A stretch of 64,000 nucleotides of DNA from Cenococcum geophilum (Eukaryota). Of this stretch, positions 12,610 to 28,000 are shown one piece after another; position 1 is the stretch's first letter; each line of letters begins with the position of its first letter. Below the pieces are notes generated by a model that ran no database searches, had not been told where the DNA came from, and saw only the letters and a program-made list of their open reading frames with translations. The DNA is taken from the NCBI GenBank assembly GCA_050273025.1, contig CP158635.1, positions 1,364,001 to 1,428,000 of the forward strand, written 5' to 3'. Made by a program: the position numbers and the translations under genes.

Positions 12610-15600
12610 TGTTCGTACCAATTTAATAGCACAAGTGAGTTAGATCCAGGGGCACGAAATACGTATAGTATTGTATACTCTTTTAGATAATAGTAACTGT
12701 TAATTATATAAAGCAGACTACGTAGTCTATATACTAATACGCCTCCCCCCTAATTAGTTAGTGCTTTAGAAGTGCACTAGACGCGTAAGTGGGTAGTTAG
12801 TACACCGAACGCGTAAACGCGTACTCGGCGTACCGAACGTATAAGCACGCGGTTGGTATGACAGGTGCTATAATTATATACTAGCGGTAACGTACTTCAC
12901 AAGCGAGTCGCCCACACAAGCGAGTCGCCTACCACCAAAATCCACGAAATTCGCAACGAGATATCTTAGCAACCACTTAATATTATATGCTGAAAATTTA
13001 ATATAATATATTTCTAGTCTAATTAAATAGCCTTAATGAATTTTATTAAATAAAAATAAATAGTTATAGAGATATATAAGTTCGGTCTAGATTTAAGTAC
13101 CAAAACTTAATATCTTTATAATTATCTATTTTTATTTAACGAAATTCTTAAAAGTTATTTAATTAGGCTAGAAATATACCCTATTAAATTTTCAGTATAT
13201 AATACTAAGTGGTTGCTAAGATATCTCGTTGTGGATTTTGTAGATTTTGGTGAGAAATTAGGTGGGCGACTCGCTTGTGTGGGCGACTCGCTTATGAAGT
13301 ACGTTACTTAGAAAATGAAACTACTTATATATAGCCTCCGTACTTGTCTTAATAGAACTATAAAACATATAAGAAAATATATAAGAAATCCCTCCTAAGG
13401 TGCCTTCTGGGCTGCCTCCCAAACGGTGCTTTAAGCTGGCCGTAAGTCCTGCTTATGGTCCGTAAAATAAACTATACAGCCCTTTAACGGGCTGTAAATG
13501 AACCATACGGCCTTCTGGCGGGCCATAACTAAACCATAAATACTCTATTAGTCTCGTTCCACCCATTCTATAACCCTTAGGTTAAGCTTATTTGTATTAA
13601 TTAGGGTTTTAAGAGCTTGGTACGGCTTCGCCTTAGTTATAGCGTCCGCTAGGTTATCTCCGCTGCTAATCTATTTAACCTTTATAATCTTACGTTGTTT
13701 ATAGGCCTAACGTAAGCACATTAGGTTGACTATAAGCCTCTTCTCTTATATTGTACCTAGTTTGACTAGGCAGTCGTAGAGGGACTTTAAATCGGTGCAT
13801 AAAACTAGGGGTAACTGCTCTAATTATAGGATCTTCTAGATTGTTAACTTAATTACGGCTCCTATGTTAAAGCTATAGGCTAGTATATATAGTTTAGAAG
13901 CTAGTATACTGCGGGTTACTCATTTATATTTAATTAAAAACTAGTGCAGTATATTTACGTCTTAATTATAGTCCGTAAGTACAATTATAAAGCCAATTTG
14001 TAATAATAGGTCTTTATTATTAGTAAAGAAGGCGTCCGTAAATACTAGTATGCTAAGGGAATTTAGGTCTAGTGGTACGAAAGTAAGTCCTCTTATTACA
14101 TTATTAATTTACTACTAAATACGCTTATTTAGCAGCTTAGTATTTTCCTTTTATAGATCTGTTACTTAGGCCGCAAAGGATAAATTATAGGCAGATTTGG
14201 GTTAATAGACTATAGCAATATAGGCGCCTCTTATACGCTGTGCAACGTATTAATCCTTTATATTTACGGTCTTACGGGTCTCTCCGTAGGAACTGGTAAA
14301 GTCTGTAGGCTTTGCTATAACAAGCCTTAGGTTTTAAGCTTAGCGTTCCTAAGTTAGCTAGATTAAGTTGCCCTTTTATATAATTAAGCCTCCGTTAAAC
14401 TTAATTAGGGTCTACTTAGTTAACTACTCTTGCGGCTTTACTAGGAACTTAGCCTTTTATAATTTAGTCTCTTCGGCGTCCGTAAAAGTCTAGTCCGCTA
14501 AGAAGAGGATATTATTTGTTTAGAGTCTAATAATACTAAAGCCGTTTAATAGTGTGTATAGAAGGCAGGGGTCGTAGGTTAACTATTCCGTATTGAGGTT
14601 ACAGACGTAATACTAGTGGTATATCTTAAACCAGTAGTTTCTAGCTTCTAGTACTTCGTAAAGGGGTTTTATAACTTATAAAATTGTTCCTAGTTATAGG
14701 TTAAGCTTAAAGGGTAGTCGTATAAAGATGTTCCTACTTAGATAGGTATTAGACTGCACGTAGGCTTATAAGATATTCCGTAAGTAGAGGGCTACGGGTT
14801 TAGTTTACTATAGTCCAGGCGTAAGTGTAAGTATAATCCGTTAACTAACTCGTTAAATTATAGGTAATTATATAAGGACTAAACCCTTTCCCTAGTTGTT
14901 ATAAGCTTATATAATAAGCCTTAATTTCTTAAAGGCTTTATTAGTATTAGGGTGCTTAATTTTATTAATAAAGCGTAAGTTAAATATACGGACGCCTTAC
15001 GGAACGTCTTTCTCCGTTATAACCGCAAAGACGCCCTTTTTAAGTAGTCTGTTAATCTCTTTACGTTATAAGTCCGTAAAAGGGGTTTCCTGTACTAGAA
15101 CTAATATATCTATAGGCAGAGGTTGCCTTACGGATGTGCTTGCGGAGGTTAGGTAATTCTCCATTATAGGGTTCTTTTAGGGGCGTCCTCAACCACGCTT
15201 TACGGTAGGTTTAGTAGGTTTAGTGGGTTTTTAAGGAACTTCTATAGTAGGCAGAGGTGCTTCTAGTTTATTTGGTTTAGCGAGTGCTTCTAATTTATCT
15301 AGTTCAACGGTATAGGTATTTTTGGATTAAAATTAGGGTTTTACGGACGTGCTTCTAAAGTTAGTTAGTCCACTAGGGAGTTATATATAGTACGTTTTGT
15401 CTTTTACAGCTAGTAAATAATAAGGTCCGGTCTAATTGCCGCTCTTACGCTATATAAGGACTTTAGAATTAAGCGGGAGGTTATATACTAAGGTTGTATT
15501 AGGTCCGTTACGGTAGTATAGAGCATTATTAATAGTTTATTTAGCCCGTAATTTAACTATTTCGGTTATTGCCTTCCGTATTATAGCTGCTCGATCTATA

Positions 15601-18600
15601 ACGGACGGGGTAGAAGGGTTTAGTTTACTTATCCTTAGGTAGGCTTTATAAACTAAAAGGGTAGGTACTAGTCCGTTAGGGCTAGTGGTGTTATTAACGG
15701 CTTTTACGGCCATCTGTAAAGCCAGTTCTTTTTAAATATTCTTATACTCGTTTATAATAATCTAGTAAGCTCTCCGTAGAGCTAGGTAAGCTCGCTTAAT
15801 AAGCCTAACAGACTAGTGCACCTTAACTAGAACGGCTTTTGTTAAATAGCTATAGCCATGGCATACTATTAGAATTCCTTACTAATAAAGTTCTTACTAG
15901 CGTTATAGGTAATATACTTAGGAGGTCTAAGGTATATATTAATCTAGTAGGTCCGTAAAATATCCTAAGTATATTTTATAGATATATTTTATAACTAACG
16001 GGCGGCTTAATAGTGGGTTGCCTCGTTAATTATATATAATACTAGACTACTGTTAATGTATATAATGTCCACGTATACTAAGTGGTTAAAGTTAAGGTCC
16101 TTATAAAGGGTAAACTTAAATCGGCCTAGGGAATGTCCGTATTTCTAGCAAAAGGAGTAGTATTTAGTTAGGTGGTCGATTGCCTTTTTATTAACGTTGT
16201 TATATCTAGAGTGTTTAAGGACTCTATATAGCTTTTTGGCTAATAGGTAGCCAAAGCAGCGGTATAGGCGGTGGATCTTAGTACTGGTAAGGTAGCACGG
16301 GTTATAGTTAAAAGATTCCTAAATGTAGGTCCGTAAAGTCTCTCCCTATATAAAAAACGGGTGTCCGAATCGTTGTATAATTAGTAGGGTAATATACTTG
16401 CTTTTTAGGGTAGTTGCGGGGCTAATTACAGTATCTGTAATATTGTTATAGTAGACCTATAGCCTATCTATATCCGCAAGACAGAGTAGAAAAGGGGTGT
16501 CCGCTTTTACTACGTGGAAATTAACTAGGCTAATTAGGGTCTTAACTGCAACTAATCTAATTAATATGGTTAAGCCGATGCCGAATTAGACGTTTACGGC
16601 CCTAGTTTACATAGTATTAATATCCGTATTATTATTTACGGTAGTCTTATATATAAGGTATTATCCATAACCTATAGTAGACTTCTTAGAGGTACCTATA
16701 TTAATTATAACGCCGTAGAATTCTTTGGGGGTATAGCGTTCCGTAGTAACGTATGCAAATAGGTCCTATTCGCGGTCCGTAACGTCCGTAATGGGTCTAA
16801 TAAGTATACTTATAGGCTAGTTTTCGGGTGTAATTAAGTGTATAAAGGAGCGGTTGGCTAATACGGTTATAGTATTAAAGGCTTAGCTGTCTGTAAAAGG
16901 TCTAAAAGTAGTTAGAAATATCTCTAAGGTCTTCTATTCCTAAATATTTAAGTTAAAGTTAATTATAAGGGCTTCTATTAACTCGTTAAGAGACTCCTCT
17001 ACTTTTTCTCTTTTATACTCTAAAATGAACTAGTTAATATGGCTATTAAGTCTCTTTCTAGACTTGTTATATTCTTTCTAGGTATATTTTATAGACTAAT
17101 ATCCTTCCTTACCGCACACGAAGCACTTCTAGCTAATTCGTCTGTGGGGGTATATTTTTATATAGGAGTTATTATAGGGGTTATGGGTAGGACCTGGTGG
17201 ATGCGGGTACTACTAGCGGTAGTGGCGGTCCGTAAAGTAGGCATCTAAATTAGTTTACGGATTTTATAGGTCCGTAATAAAGGCTTAAGTACTACCTAGT
17301 GGGTTTAAGGCTTTATACGTTGTAATAGAGGACCATAAATTGTTAATAAGGCCAGCTATAGTGTCTGCGGGCTTATAATAGGCGTATTTATAGGGTTCCA
17401 TTTCCTAATAGGCCGTAATAAGTTTATTATATAGGAAGTCGTCCGTTTAAAGCCTAATATTAAGACCGTACTATAGGTGGCGGAGGTCTTTAATAAGGAT
17501 TTGCAGGCACTCTATAGTCGATTTTTTAGTGTTTTTGTCTATTACGGTCCGTAACTTAGTCGTATTTTATTAGGTAAGGATATTACGCTTATATTATAGT
17601 CCTTTAAAGTAGTTATATATGGCTTTATATAGCTTATTAAAGGGAACACTAAGGGGGTTACTCTTAAGGTTAGTGTAGTGGTGGTTAAGTACTAGGCCGC
17701 ACAGTATAGTAGAGTAGGCTTAGCTAAACTCCTATTTAGGAATATTAGCCTTCTAACAGAGGTCTGTAAAGATAGTTAGTTTAAAGTTAAAGTTGTTATT
17801 TTCACCGCTATACTTAGATTCGTTAGTATAGAGCTTAGCTAGGTTAGCTAGTTCCTTACTATAGGTCTTTACTTAGGTGGTTTACGGATCTATAACTTAA
17901 ATAATAAAAGGGTTTTAGTCCGTATTTTAGTTTACGGGGGTATTATAGTCCGTAGTTTGGGTTACAGGGGTATTACGGTCCGTAACTTAAGTACTAGGTA
18001 TACTTTAGCCCGTAAGATTAATTCTAAAATTGCTTAGGTTTATAGGACGAATTTAGTTAAGTAGGTTAGGTATAAGGCTAGTAATGCCGTTAAGTTTAGG
18101 AGAAGTAAAGAGTTTATTAGTGGCTTTAACCTAGTCTAGGATTTCCTCTTTAGTCTATTCCGTTTAGTCCTCCTCCTATATTATATTGTATAAGGACCAT
18201 ACAATAATAACTTATTTATCCTTTTTAACCTATATACCTTAGTAACGTAAAAGGGTTTATAGGTTACGGATAGTAATAGGGTTATAAGCCTTAAGAATAG
18301 CTTCCGTAAAGTCCGTAAAGTCTTCCTTATATTACTTTTATAGGTCGTCGTTTAGAAGCTTATAGTATCCATATTTAAGGATTTTGAAATTAATATAGTT
18401 ATTAACGCCGTCTGTAGACGTAAGGTCGACTCCCTAACTCTACTTCTTTTAACCTTTACTAATTTGCTTAGTTATATCTGCCATATTATATAGCGTAGTA
18501 TATCTGTATAAGCTATAGTGGGTAGTAGTAGCTTGTAGCAGGTGGAGGAGGTCTTATAACGGTCCGTAAAATCAATTAGCGGGTCCGTAATAGTTTAAGA

Positions 18601-19194
18601 GGTCTTATAGTAGTCCGTAAAGGCGATTAACGGGTCTATAACGGTTTATAGAAGGGTAGGGGGTTTCTATAAGGTCCGAAGAGGTTTAAGGTTCGAGGGG
18701 GTTAAGGATAAGGGGTTCTATAAAGGTCTGTATTCGCGTTTATAAACTTCCGGTAAACTATACTAAGACTTAAATAAGTATACAGAATTAGAGATAAGTC
18801 CGTAATCCCTAACTTCCGACCTTCTAGCAGGTCGTACTAGGAGTCTAAACGGGTGGTCGCTGTTGTATATCGCTCGGTAGGAGGTATTAAGTAATTGCTA
18901 ATCTGTGCGCGCTTATTGATTAGTGTTTGTACTAATTTAATAGCACGAGTAAGTTAGATCTAGGGGCACGAAATACGTATAATATTGTATACTCTTTTGG
19001 ATAATAGTAACTGTCGATTGTATAAAGCAGACTACGTAGTCTATATACTAATGCGCCTCCCCCCTAATTAGTTAGTGCTTTAGAAGTGCACTAGACGCGT
19101 AAGCGGGTGGTTAGTACACCAAACGCGTAAACGCGTACTCGGCGTACCGAACGCGTAAGCACGCGGTTAGTACGACAGGTGCTATAATTATACA
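12610..19194 (-). mobile_element. Ty1/Copia LTR retrotransposon B nested in A
   Basis: 271-bp LTRs at 12610-12880 and 18924-19194, TSD tcttt. It is the reverse-complement homolog of 25006-31281. Confidence 0.92.
12890..13304. mobile_element. pogo/Fot1-type (Tc1/mariner) MITE, 415 bp
   Basis: TA TSD and ACGTA termini, with long inverted arms carrying a doubled cacaagcgagtcgcc motif. The empty site is seen in the paralogous Copia at ~31000. Confidence 0.9.
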
Positions 19195-22100
19195 TCTTTA
19201 TTATTTATAAATAATCTATTAATAAATACGAAGAGCTTAGCAGTGGGAAGATTAATAAATATATAGAGTAGTCCCTAATTAAGATGGTTTATTTGCTAGA
19301 AAAGATATTTATTTAGGGCAAAAACGTCGTCCTTAGTTAGTTCCTAGTATTAGGCGGTAATAAAGAGATTAAATAAAGCCTTAGGTTAATAGATAGAAGT
19401 AATATATACTTCGTAAGCGCATTACTCTATATATCTTTACTTTAAAGAATTAACGTTAATAACGTTAATCTTCTTGCCTTAACCCTTCTGGCGTAAAGTA
19501 ATAAAATCCTTATTTAGGGCAAGGATACATTTATTAAAGAGTAATAGTGTTATTAAATTAAGCTTTTTCTTTAGCTTTGCTATAAGATTTGCCTTTACTA
19601 GCTTATCTTCTTTAATAGCTAAAAATTAGTTATCTCCTAAGATAATTATATTATTAGTTTATATACTAATAATTCTAAATAGAGTTCCTGTAGTTATAAT
19701 AAGAAAGCAAGGATTAAATATAGAAGTAGTTATTAAAAGCTTCTCTTTATAGTGCTTGCTATAGGTAGTCTACTAATAAGTTCCTACGTTTATAATTCTA
19801 TATAATAGCTTAAGCACAATTATAATTATATCTTTAGGATATTAGTGGTAAATTTACTCTAAAAGGTCTGCTAATATTAAGCGCTAAAGGTTTGTCTCTA
19901 ATTGGATATAGGCTTAAGTAATATCTTATAAATAAATCGCTATTTTATTCTTTATTAAGGAGGGAGCTAGTATAATAATAACTTGCTAACTAGCTTGTTA
20001 AATTATAAAAGATTATATAAAAATTACCTCCTTACTATTATTGTTATAACCTTAAATAATAAGCCTTAATTTTTTAAATAGGGCGTTAATAGCTTTACCT
20101 TTAATCTCGTTAACCATTCTTAACTTAAAGATGCAAACTTTATTAAACTTAGTAGGGTCATACTTCTTAAATTTAAAGACTCCTCTTATAATAAGACTAT
20201 TAATCTTCTACTTATCGGATGCGTAAATAGGAGCTTTAGGAGTTATAATATAACCTTCCTTTTAAAGCTATTTTGCGAGCTTAAAGTTAGCCTTCTCCTT
20301 AGCTATTATAAAGGCTATTAATAACTTAACTTTATTCTTAATGGCGGCAATAAATTGCTCTTTAAAATTAATAAGATATTAGTAATTTCGTAATCCCTTT
20401 AGGCAACCTTTGCCGCGTTATAATTACGGAACCTCTATTACAATTATATTAGAATTATAGTCGCTTTCTAAAGTATATTAATTATAGTTCTCCTCTAGGG
20501 TATCCTGCAAAGGCTTGGACCTATTATCTTTATAGTAAGGCTTAATAACAGTTAAATGGAATTAAGTAGGTCTGTAAGGCATCTAAATAATATAAGTTTA
20601 ACTATTAATTATAATAAGTTAATATAGGCCTAACTACCCTCCCTTTTTACGCTATACGGTACTTTAGACTAGAGTAGTAGATTAAGCATAGTTAAGGTAT
20701 TTAGGCTATTTCTTATTCCTAATACGTTATTAACCTAGCATATAGCGTAAAGACGTTATACCTCCTTTATTGCCTTATAGATAGCCTTAGCTTATTATAT
20801 AATAGAGGGAGATAGTAGAGAATTATTAGTTATTTAAGGGTAGGCGCTAATAACTAGTAATATAGGTATAAGTCTATCTAGGCTAGCGGAATCGTTAATA
20901 GCTTTAACAGCTATTTATAAGGTAAGTTCTTCGCTAGCGTCCTCTAGTTCTAAAGAGATAATCTTATATACGCGGCGTAATAGCGTATAATATTACTCTA
21001 CTTTTCTAATACTATTATATGCCTTAATAGGGACTTCCTTAACCTTAATTACCATTACCTTTATCTATTATTAAAACTCTATAAATAAGAAGTTCTTTTT
21101 TACGTTATAGACGATTTAATTAGGGGGTCCTAGGTAGATATTAATCTAGCCTAATTAAAGGGTATCCTATATATTCCTAGCTAATATATCCTTTAAGAAA
21201 CGTGCGGCTTAGAAAGAGGTTAAGAAGTTAATAACTTAGAGTACTAGCTTGCTGCTAAGATATATAACATTAACAATAATACAGAAGTTAAAGTTATAGT
21301 TATTTTTAAGAGTAAACTTAAATCGGCTAGGGGACTTCTAGTTTATTTAGTAGTAATAGTAGTACTTTATAAAATGCTTAATCGCCTTAATCTTAACTTT
21401 ATAACCTACTTATTAAAGAACCCTAAGCAATTAATAAACTAATAGGTAACTAAAACGGCGGTATAGTTGGCGTAACTCTAACTCGGTTAAATAGCTTTAA
21501 GCAACGCTCTTTTTTAGTTATTAAAGAAGCAACTAAGGGTAACCCTACTTGCGTATAATAGGTACCTAATTATCTCCCTATATAAGCATATTCTTAAGGT
21601 TATTAAGCTTAACGCCTAATTTATCTATATCCCTAGTATAAAATAGAAATAAAGTATTTTTAGGAATAATGTGGAAAGTAATATATCCTAAGAGGGTTTA
21701 GACCCTAATTATGCTAAAAGAAATTATAGTACCTTTACTAAAACAAATTGTATATTAGCCTGCTATTAATTAGTTAATCTAAATAGAGCTATTAAGCTAC
21801 TAAAGAGCTTAAACTTAAGGTTCTCCTACTATAGATACTCCTATGGCTCTAATATCTAGTATAATACTATAGAAGACATTCGCTAAGTATTTATCGTTAA
21901 AGGAGAACTCGGAGCTCTTCTTTAGCTTATTAAAGATATTTGACTTTATGGTAGAATGGAGCGTAGATTAGTTATTAAGAATAGCGATAGTTTATATACT
22001 ATCTACCTTACTATACTTAGTAAAGTATTAGTTAGGTAAGTAGTCCTTAATTTTTATATCTATAAGGAGCTGTTTAGCCTTATTAACCTTACCCTTAAGA

Positions 22101-25005
22101 TTTTCTACGCCTTTATATTAAACTAGGAAGCTTTAAAAGTAGGCTATAATAACCTTATAATTTCTAACGTTTCTTATACTGTAGCGAAACTTATTATATA
22201 CCTCCTTTTATTTATTAAAAGAATGCTTAGTTAACTAGCAATTCGGTTTCTTATAAACGTAACACTTCTTTTAGTAATTACTTTAAAATAAACCTCCATA
22301 AGGACCTCCATAATTGCCTTATAGTCAACATTAATTATACCCTTTACTATATTCCCTACTACGGCCACTATATATTTAGTTAGTCTAGTTATAATTATAT
22401 TAATTAGGAATATTTAGTTAGGTAGGGTTTTTAGTATAGAACTGTTAAGATTCTTATATTTATATCGCAGTACCTATAGCGGAGCGTAGCTTGGTATATA
22501 CTTCTTTAGATATTTTTATAGGTTTATATAGCGCTAAATTACACTTAGAAATGCTATAGCAGGCTAAGATAACCTAGTCCCTTAGACTATTCTTATTTTA
22601 GTAAGTTTTAATAAGGCCACATTAAATTTTCTAGAGTTTATTAAGGAGTAGTTAAAGGCACTCTAAATAAGTCTTTATTAAGTTAGAAGTAATAACTCTT
22701 TAAAACGTAGTCTCCCGCTATTTAGATATATAAAGTTAGCAATTCTTATTAGTCTTAAAGTGGGCTCTAGTAAGCTAAAGTATTACATTAAAGCTATAGT
22801 TTCTACCTATAATATAGTTATAATAAAATATCACCATCTATCCCTTTAATATAACCAAGAAAGTATAATAAAACTAGTAGCGTTAGATTTTAACCTTACT
22901 ATAGCAGTTATAAAAGACCTATAGTTTTATTCCGAGTATATTATATAATTCTCCTTTAAACTTCTTCTCTTCGTCTAAATATAACTTTATTAGATTTATA
23001 ACTTCTTATAGTAAAGGCTTACCGGTTAGCTAGAGTAAAGGAGTTAAAGGCAGCAAAGGTAGAGGAAGAGTACTACTAGGTAGGAGAGCACCTTTAGGTA
23101 AGAGATTAGCGTTTTAGGGGTTTTATTTTAAGTTTAAGTTGCCTTTTAAAGAATATGGGTTAGTTTTAAGTTTCCGTAGTTAACGTATAATATTAGCTTC
23201 CGTCTATGCTAGTTCTTCTATACTAATAATAACGGCCTAAATATTACTAGTAATTAGGTTACCGTTTTTAGTAATATATACCCCATTCCTATAGAGAAAG
23301 TCTTAAAAATCCTAAACAATATTAATATTACCAAGTGCCTAGGTATCGGCAGTCTATCCTATAAAATCCTCCCTAAAATATTCCCATAGCTATAAATTGG
23401 CATAATATCTACTTAGTAGAATAGAATATGGTATAGGAGAAAGCTATTAACTTGTTTTATAGTACAAGTTGTTATATTAAAGGTAAATTTGTCCCAATCT
23501 TTATTAATAAGTTTTGTATACTTAGCTACCCCTAGTAGTGAGGAGTCTTTCCAGTTATTTAGAGTAGCTATATTTTTGAAGGAAGGGAAGTATTATTAGT
23601 ATAGGGATTATTGTTTAGTACGTATTTGTGACAAGAATCTATAATTATAGGGCTTAGGACTAGTTCTAGCCTTAAATCACAAAGACTTATAAAGCGTGTT
23701 ATTCTGCGTAATAAACGCAAAAATCTATAATCTAAAAAAGGCTCAGGACCAGTTCTAGCCTTTTAGATCCTTAAATTTGTAGAAGAGTTTTATTTAAAGT
23801 TTAGAACTAGTTTTAACCTTAAAAAACAGCTTCTTCTAGCACGAGTAGCACAAGTATAGTAGCTCGTCTCTTCTTAGTGGAATACCTAGCTATTTTATAG
23901 TATAACTATAAAGTTAACTACTAATTAGTGTTAGTAATATAAGGTAATATTACATATCTACAAGTTGTAGGTAGTATAATAATTATTGTTCTATATTCCT
24001 CTTGCTTAAAAAAGGGCAAGGAGCTTAGGGCTCCTCGCCACGCTAGTGCCGCTGCGACACGTGACGGCAACTTACCTGTATTCCTAACAATAAGAGATAG
24101 TATAGCTTTTTCCGCTAATTAGCTAACCTAGACTAATATAGAATATATTAATCCCTTTTAACCCTAGAAAGAAGTCTACTCTAAAGTTTCTCTTTTTTTA
24201 ACTCCGCGCTATTCTCTTAGATTAATAAAACTTTATCCCTTTTAGTATTTATTAAGTAGTCTTTTATAATATAGCCCTTTTAGCTATAAAAGAAATAGGC
24301 GCCTTAATTACTAACGGCCTATATATAAGGGCTACTATATATAGGCCAAGCATTTACTAGATCTATAGTAGGACTAGCTATATAGCTAGCTACTAAATTA
24401 GTAATAGGCTATATAACTAGTGCTATAGAAGTTACTAATTATGCTAGGGTACTACGGGCCGTTCTTATATTACTTATAGTTTAATTTAGAGGGTTTTTAG
24501 CTTTATACTATTTAGCGTATACCTTAATTTAATAAAGGCCTTAGCTAATAGCTAAGCACTAATCTAAAAGTTCCTTTAGCGTCTATATAGTAGTAAAAAC
24601 TAGTAGTATAGCCTACTATAGGTCTAGGGTAAGCTTATTAAATAAGTTTAGTATTAAATCTTTTTAGGGAATTTAGGCTTAGCCTACTAAGTATAAAAAG
24701 CGAGTCTAAAAGGCTAAAAAGGTCTCCGTTGTTTTTATATTTAGGCCTTTATAATTAAGGTAGATATTCTATACCTTAAAGGGGTCCTTATAAATAAAAG
24801 ATAAGTAGTTAATTATTTCTTCTTTAGAGGTAAAAGGGTTTACTAAGTCCTTAGCATATTAAGGGTATAGTTATATCTAAGCGTCCTTGCTAGTACGGCT
24901 AAAGATATAGGCTATTTAGGCCTAAGGGGTAGGAAAATAGTTAGTATTAACTTTAAGCTTATTTTATAGTTAGAGCTTTTAGTTATTAAATATAGGGTTT
25001 ATTCT

Positions 25006-28000
25006 TATATAATTATAGCACCTGTCGTACTAACCGCGTGCTTACGCGTTCGGTACGCTAAGTACGCGTTTACGCGTTTGGTGTACTAACCACCCGCTTA
25101 TATATCTGGTGCACTTCTAAAGCACTAACTAATTAGGGGGGGGGCGCATTAGTATATAGACTACGTAGTCTGCTTTATATAATTGACAGTTACTATTATC
25201 TAAACGAGTATACAATACTATATGTATTTCGTGCCCCTGGATCTAACTTACTCGTGCTATTAAATTAGTATAAATACTGATTAGTGAGCGCGCATAGATT
25301 AGTAATTACTTGATACCTCCCCCTGAGCGATATATATAATAGCGACTACCCGTTCAATCCTAGTACGACCTGCTAGAAGGTTGGAAGTTAGGGATTACGG
25401 ACCTATTACTAACTCTGTATACTTATTTAAGTCTTAATATAGTTTACCAGAAGTATAATAGACGCGAATACAGACCTATACAGAACCCCCCTACCCTTAA
25501 ACCTCAAACTTCTTACCCTTCTACGAACTACTACGGACCTATTAATTACCTTTATGGACCGTTACGGAGACCTCCTACCCCTCTACGAACTACTACGGAC
25601 CTATTAAGACCCCTTACGGACACCCTTACCCTTCTATAAACTACCACGGACCCGCTAACCGCCTTTATAGACCCTATAAGACCCCTACCCACTATAAGCT
25701 GCTATTACCCGCTACGCACTATACTATACTATATAGTATGGCAGATATTAGCAAGCAAATCAGCGAAGGTTAAAAGAAGTAGAGTTAAGGAGTTGACCTT
25801 ATGTCTGCGGACGGTGTTAATAACTATATCTAATTTAAAATCCTTAAATACGGATACTTTAAACTCCTAAATAACGATCTATAGGAATAATATAAGGAAG
25901 ACTTCGCGGACTTTACGGAAGTTATCTTTAAGGCTTGCAACCTTATAGCTATCCGCAACCTACGGACCCTCTTACGTCACTAAGGTGTATAGGTTAAGAA
26001 GGATAAATAAGTTACTATTGTACAGTCTTTGTATAATATATTATGCGAAGAGAACTAAACGGAATAGACTAAAGAGGAAATTCTAGACTAAGTTAAAGCT
26101 ACTAAAGAACTCTTTGCTTCTTCTAAACTTAACGGGATTGCTAACCTTATACCTAACCCACTTAACTAAATTCGTTCTATAAACCTAAGCAGTTTCGGAA
26201 TTAATTTTACGGGCTAAAGTATACCTAGTACTTAAGTTATGGACCACAATACCCCCGTAACCTAAATTACGGACTATAATACCCCCGCAAACCAAAATAC
26301 GGACTAAATTACCCCTATTGTTTAAGTTATAGACCTATAAGCTATATATCTGCAAGCTATATATCCGCAAGCCACAGATCTACAATCTACCTAAGTAAAG
26401 ACCTACGGTAAGAAGCTAGCCAACCTAGCTAAGCTTTACACTGACGAATCTAAGTACAGCGGTGAAAATGATAATTTTAATTTTAAACTGACTATCTTTA
26501 CGGACCTTTATTAGAAGGCCGATATTCCTAAATAGGAGTTTAGCTAAGCCTACTCTACTATGCTGCGCGGCCTAGTACTTAACTACTACTATACTAACCT
26601 TAAGAGTAACCCCCTTGGTGTTCCCTTTAATAAGCTATACAAAGCCATACGTAACTACTTTGAAGGACCGGAATATAAGCGTGATATCCTTACCTAATGG
26701 AATGCGACCAAGTTATGGACCGTAATAGACAAGAATACTAAAAAATTGACTATAGAGTGCCTGCAAATCCTTATTAAAGACCTCCGCCACCTATAGTACG
26801 GTCTTAATATTAAGCTTTAAATAGATAACTTCCTGCATAATAAACTTATTACGGCTTGCTAGGAAATGAAACCTTATAAATACGCCTATTATAAGCCCGC
26901 AGACACCGTAGCTAGCCTTATTAACGATTTACGGTCCTCTATTATAATGTACAAAGCCTTAAACCCGCTAGGTAGTACTTAAGCCTTTATTACAGACCTA
27001 TAAAATCCGTAAACTAACTTAGATGCCTACTTTACGGACCGCCGCTACCGCTAGCAGCACCCGTATCGACCAGGTCCTACCTATAACCCCTACAGCAACC
27101 CCTATATAAAAGTATACCCCCGTAGACAAACTAATTAGAGGTGCTTTATATGTGGTAAGGAAGGATGTTAGTCTATAAGGTATACCTAGGAAGAACGCAA
27201 TAAGTCTAAGAAGAGATTTAATAGACGGATTAACTAGTTTATCTTAGACTACAAAGGAAAGGAAGTAGAAGAGTCTCTTAACGAGTTAATGGAAGCCCTT
27301 ATAATTAATTTTAACTCAAATACTTAGGAATAGGAGACCTTAGAGATGTTCTTAACTACTTTTGGACCTTTTACGGACAGTTAAGCCTTTAATATTACAA
27401 CCGTATTAGCTGACCGTTCCTTTATACACTTAGTTACGCCTAAAAACTATTCTACAAGCACCCCCGTTACAGACGTTATAGATTATAAGTAGGACCTATT
27501 TGTATATATTACTACAAAAAGCTATACCCCTAAGGAATTTTACGGTGTTATAATCGACATAGGTGTATTTAAGAAGTCTACTATAGGTTACGGACAATAC
27601 CTTATATATAGGACTACCGCAAATAATAATACGGATATTAATACTATGTAAACTAGGGCCGTAAACGTCTAATTCAGCATTAGCTTAACTGTATTAATTG
27701 GATTAGTTACAGTTAAGACCCTAATTGGCTTAGTTAACTTCTATATAGTAAAAGTAGACACCCCTTTTTTACTTTACCTTATGGATATAGATAGGTTATA
27801 GGTTTACTATAATAATGTTACGGACACCTTAATCGGCCCTATAACTGCCCTAGGAAGTAAGCATATTACCCTACCAATTACACGACGATTTGGACACCCG
27901 TTCCTTATATAGGGAGAGACTTTACGGACCTATATTTAGGAATCTTTCGACTATAACCCGTGCTACCTTACTAGTACGGAAATCTACCGCCTATACCGCC

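Larger units (their letters stand above)
11625..24089 (-). mobile_element. Ty1/Copia LTR retrotransposon A (RIP-inactivated)
   Basis: LTRs at 11625-11825 and 23929-24089 with TSD ataag on both sides. Minus-strand gag-PR-IN-RT-RNaseH order; a RIP-altered NPADAMTK-like RNaseH motif lies near 12200. Confidence 0.88.
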
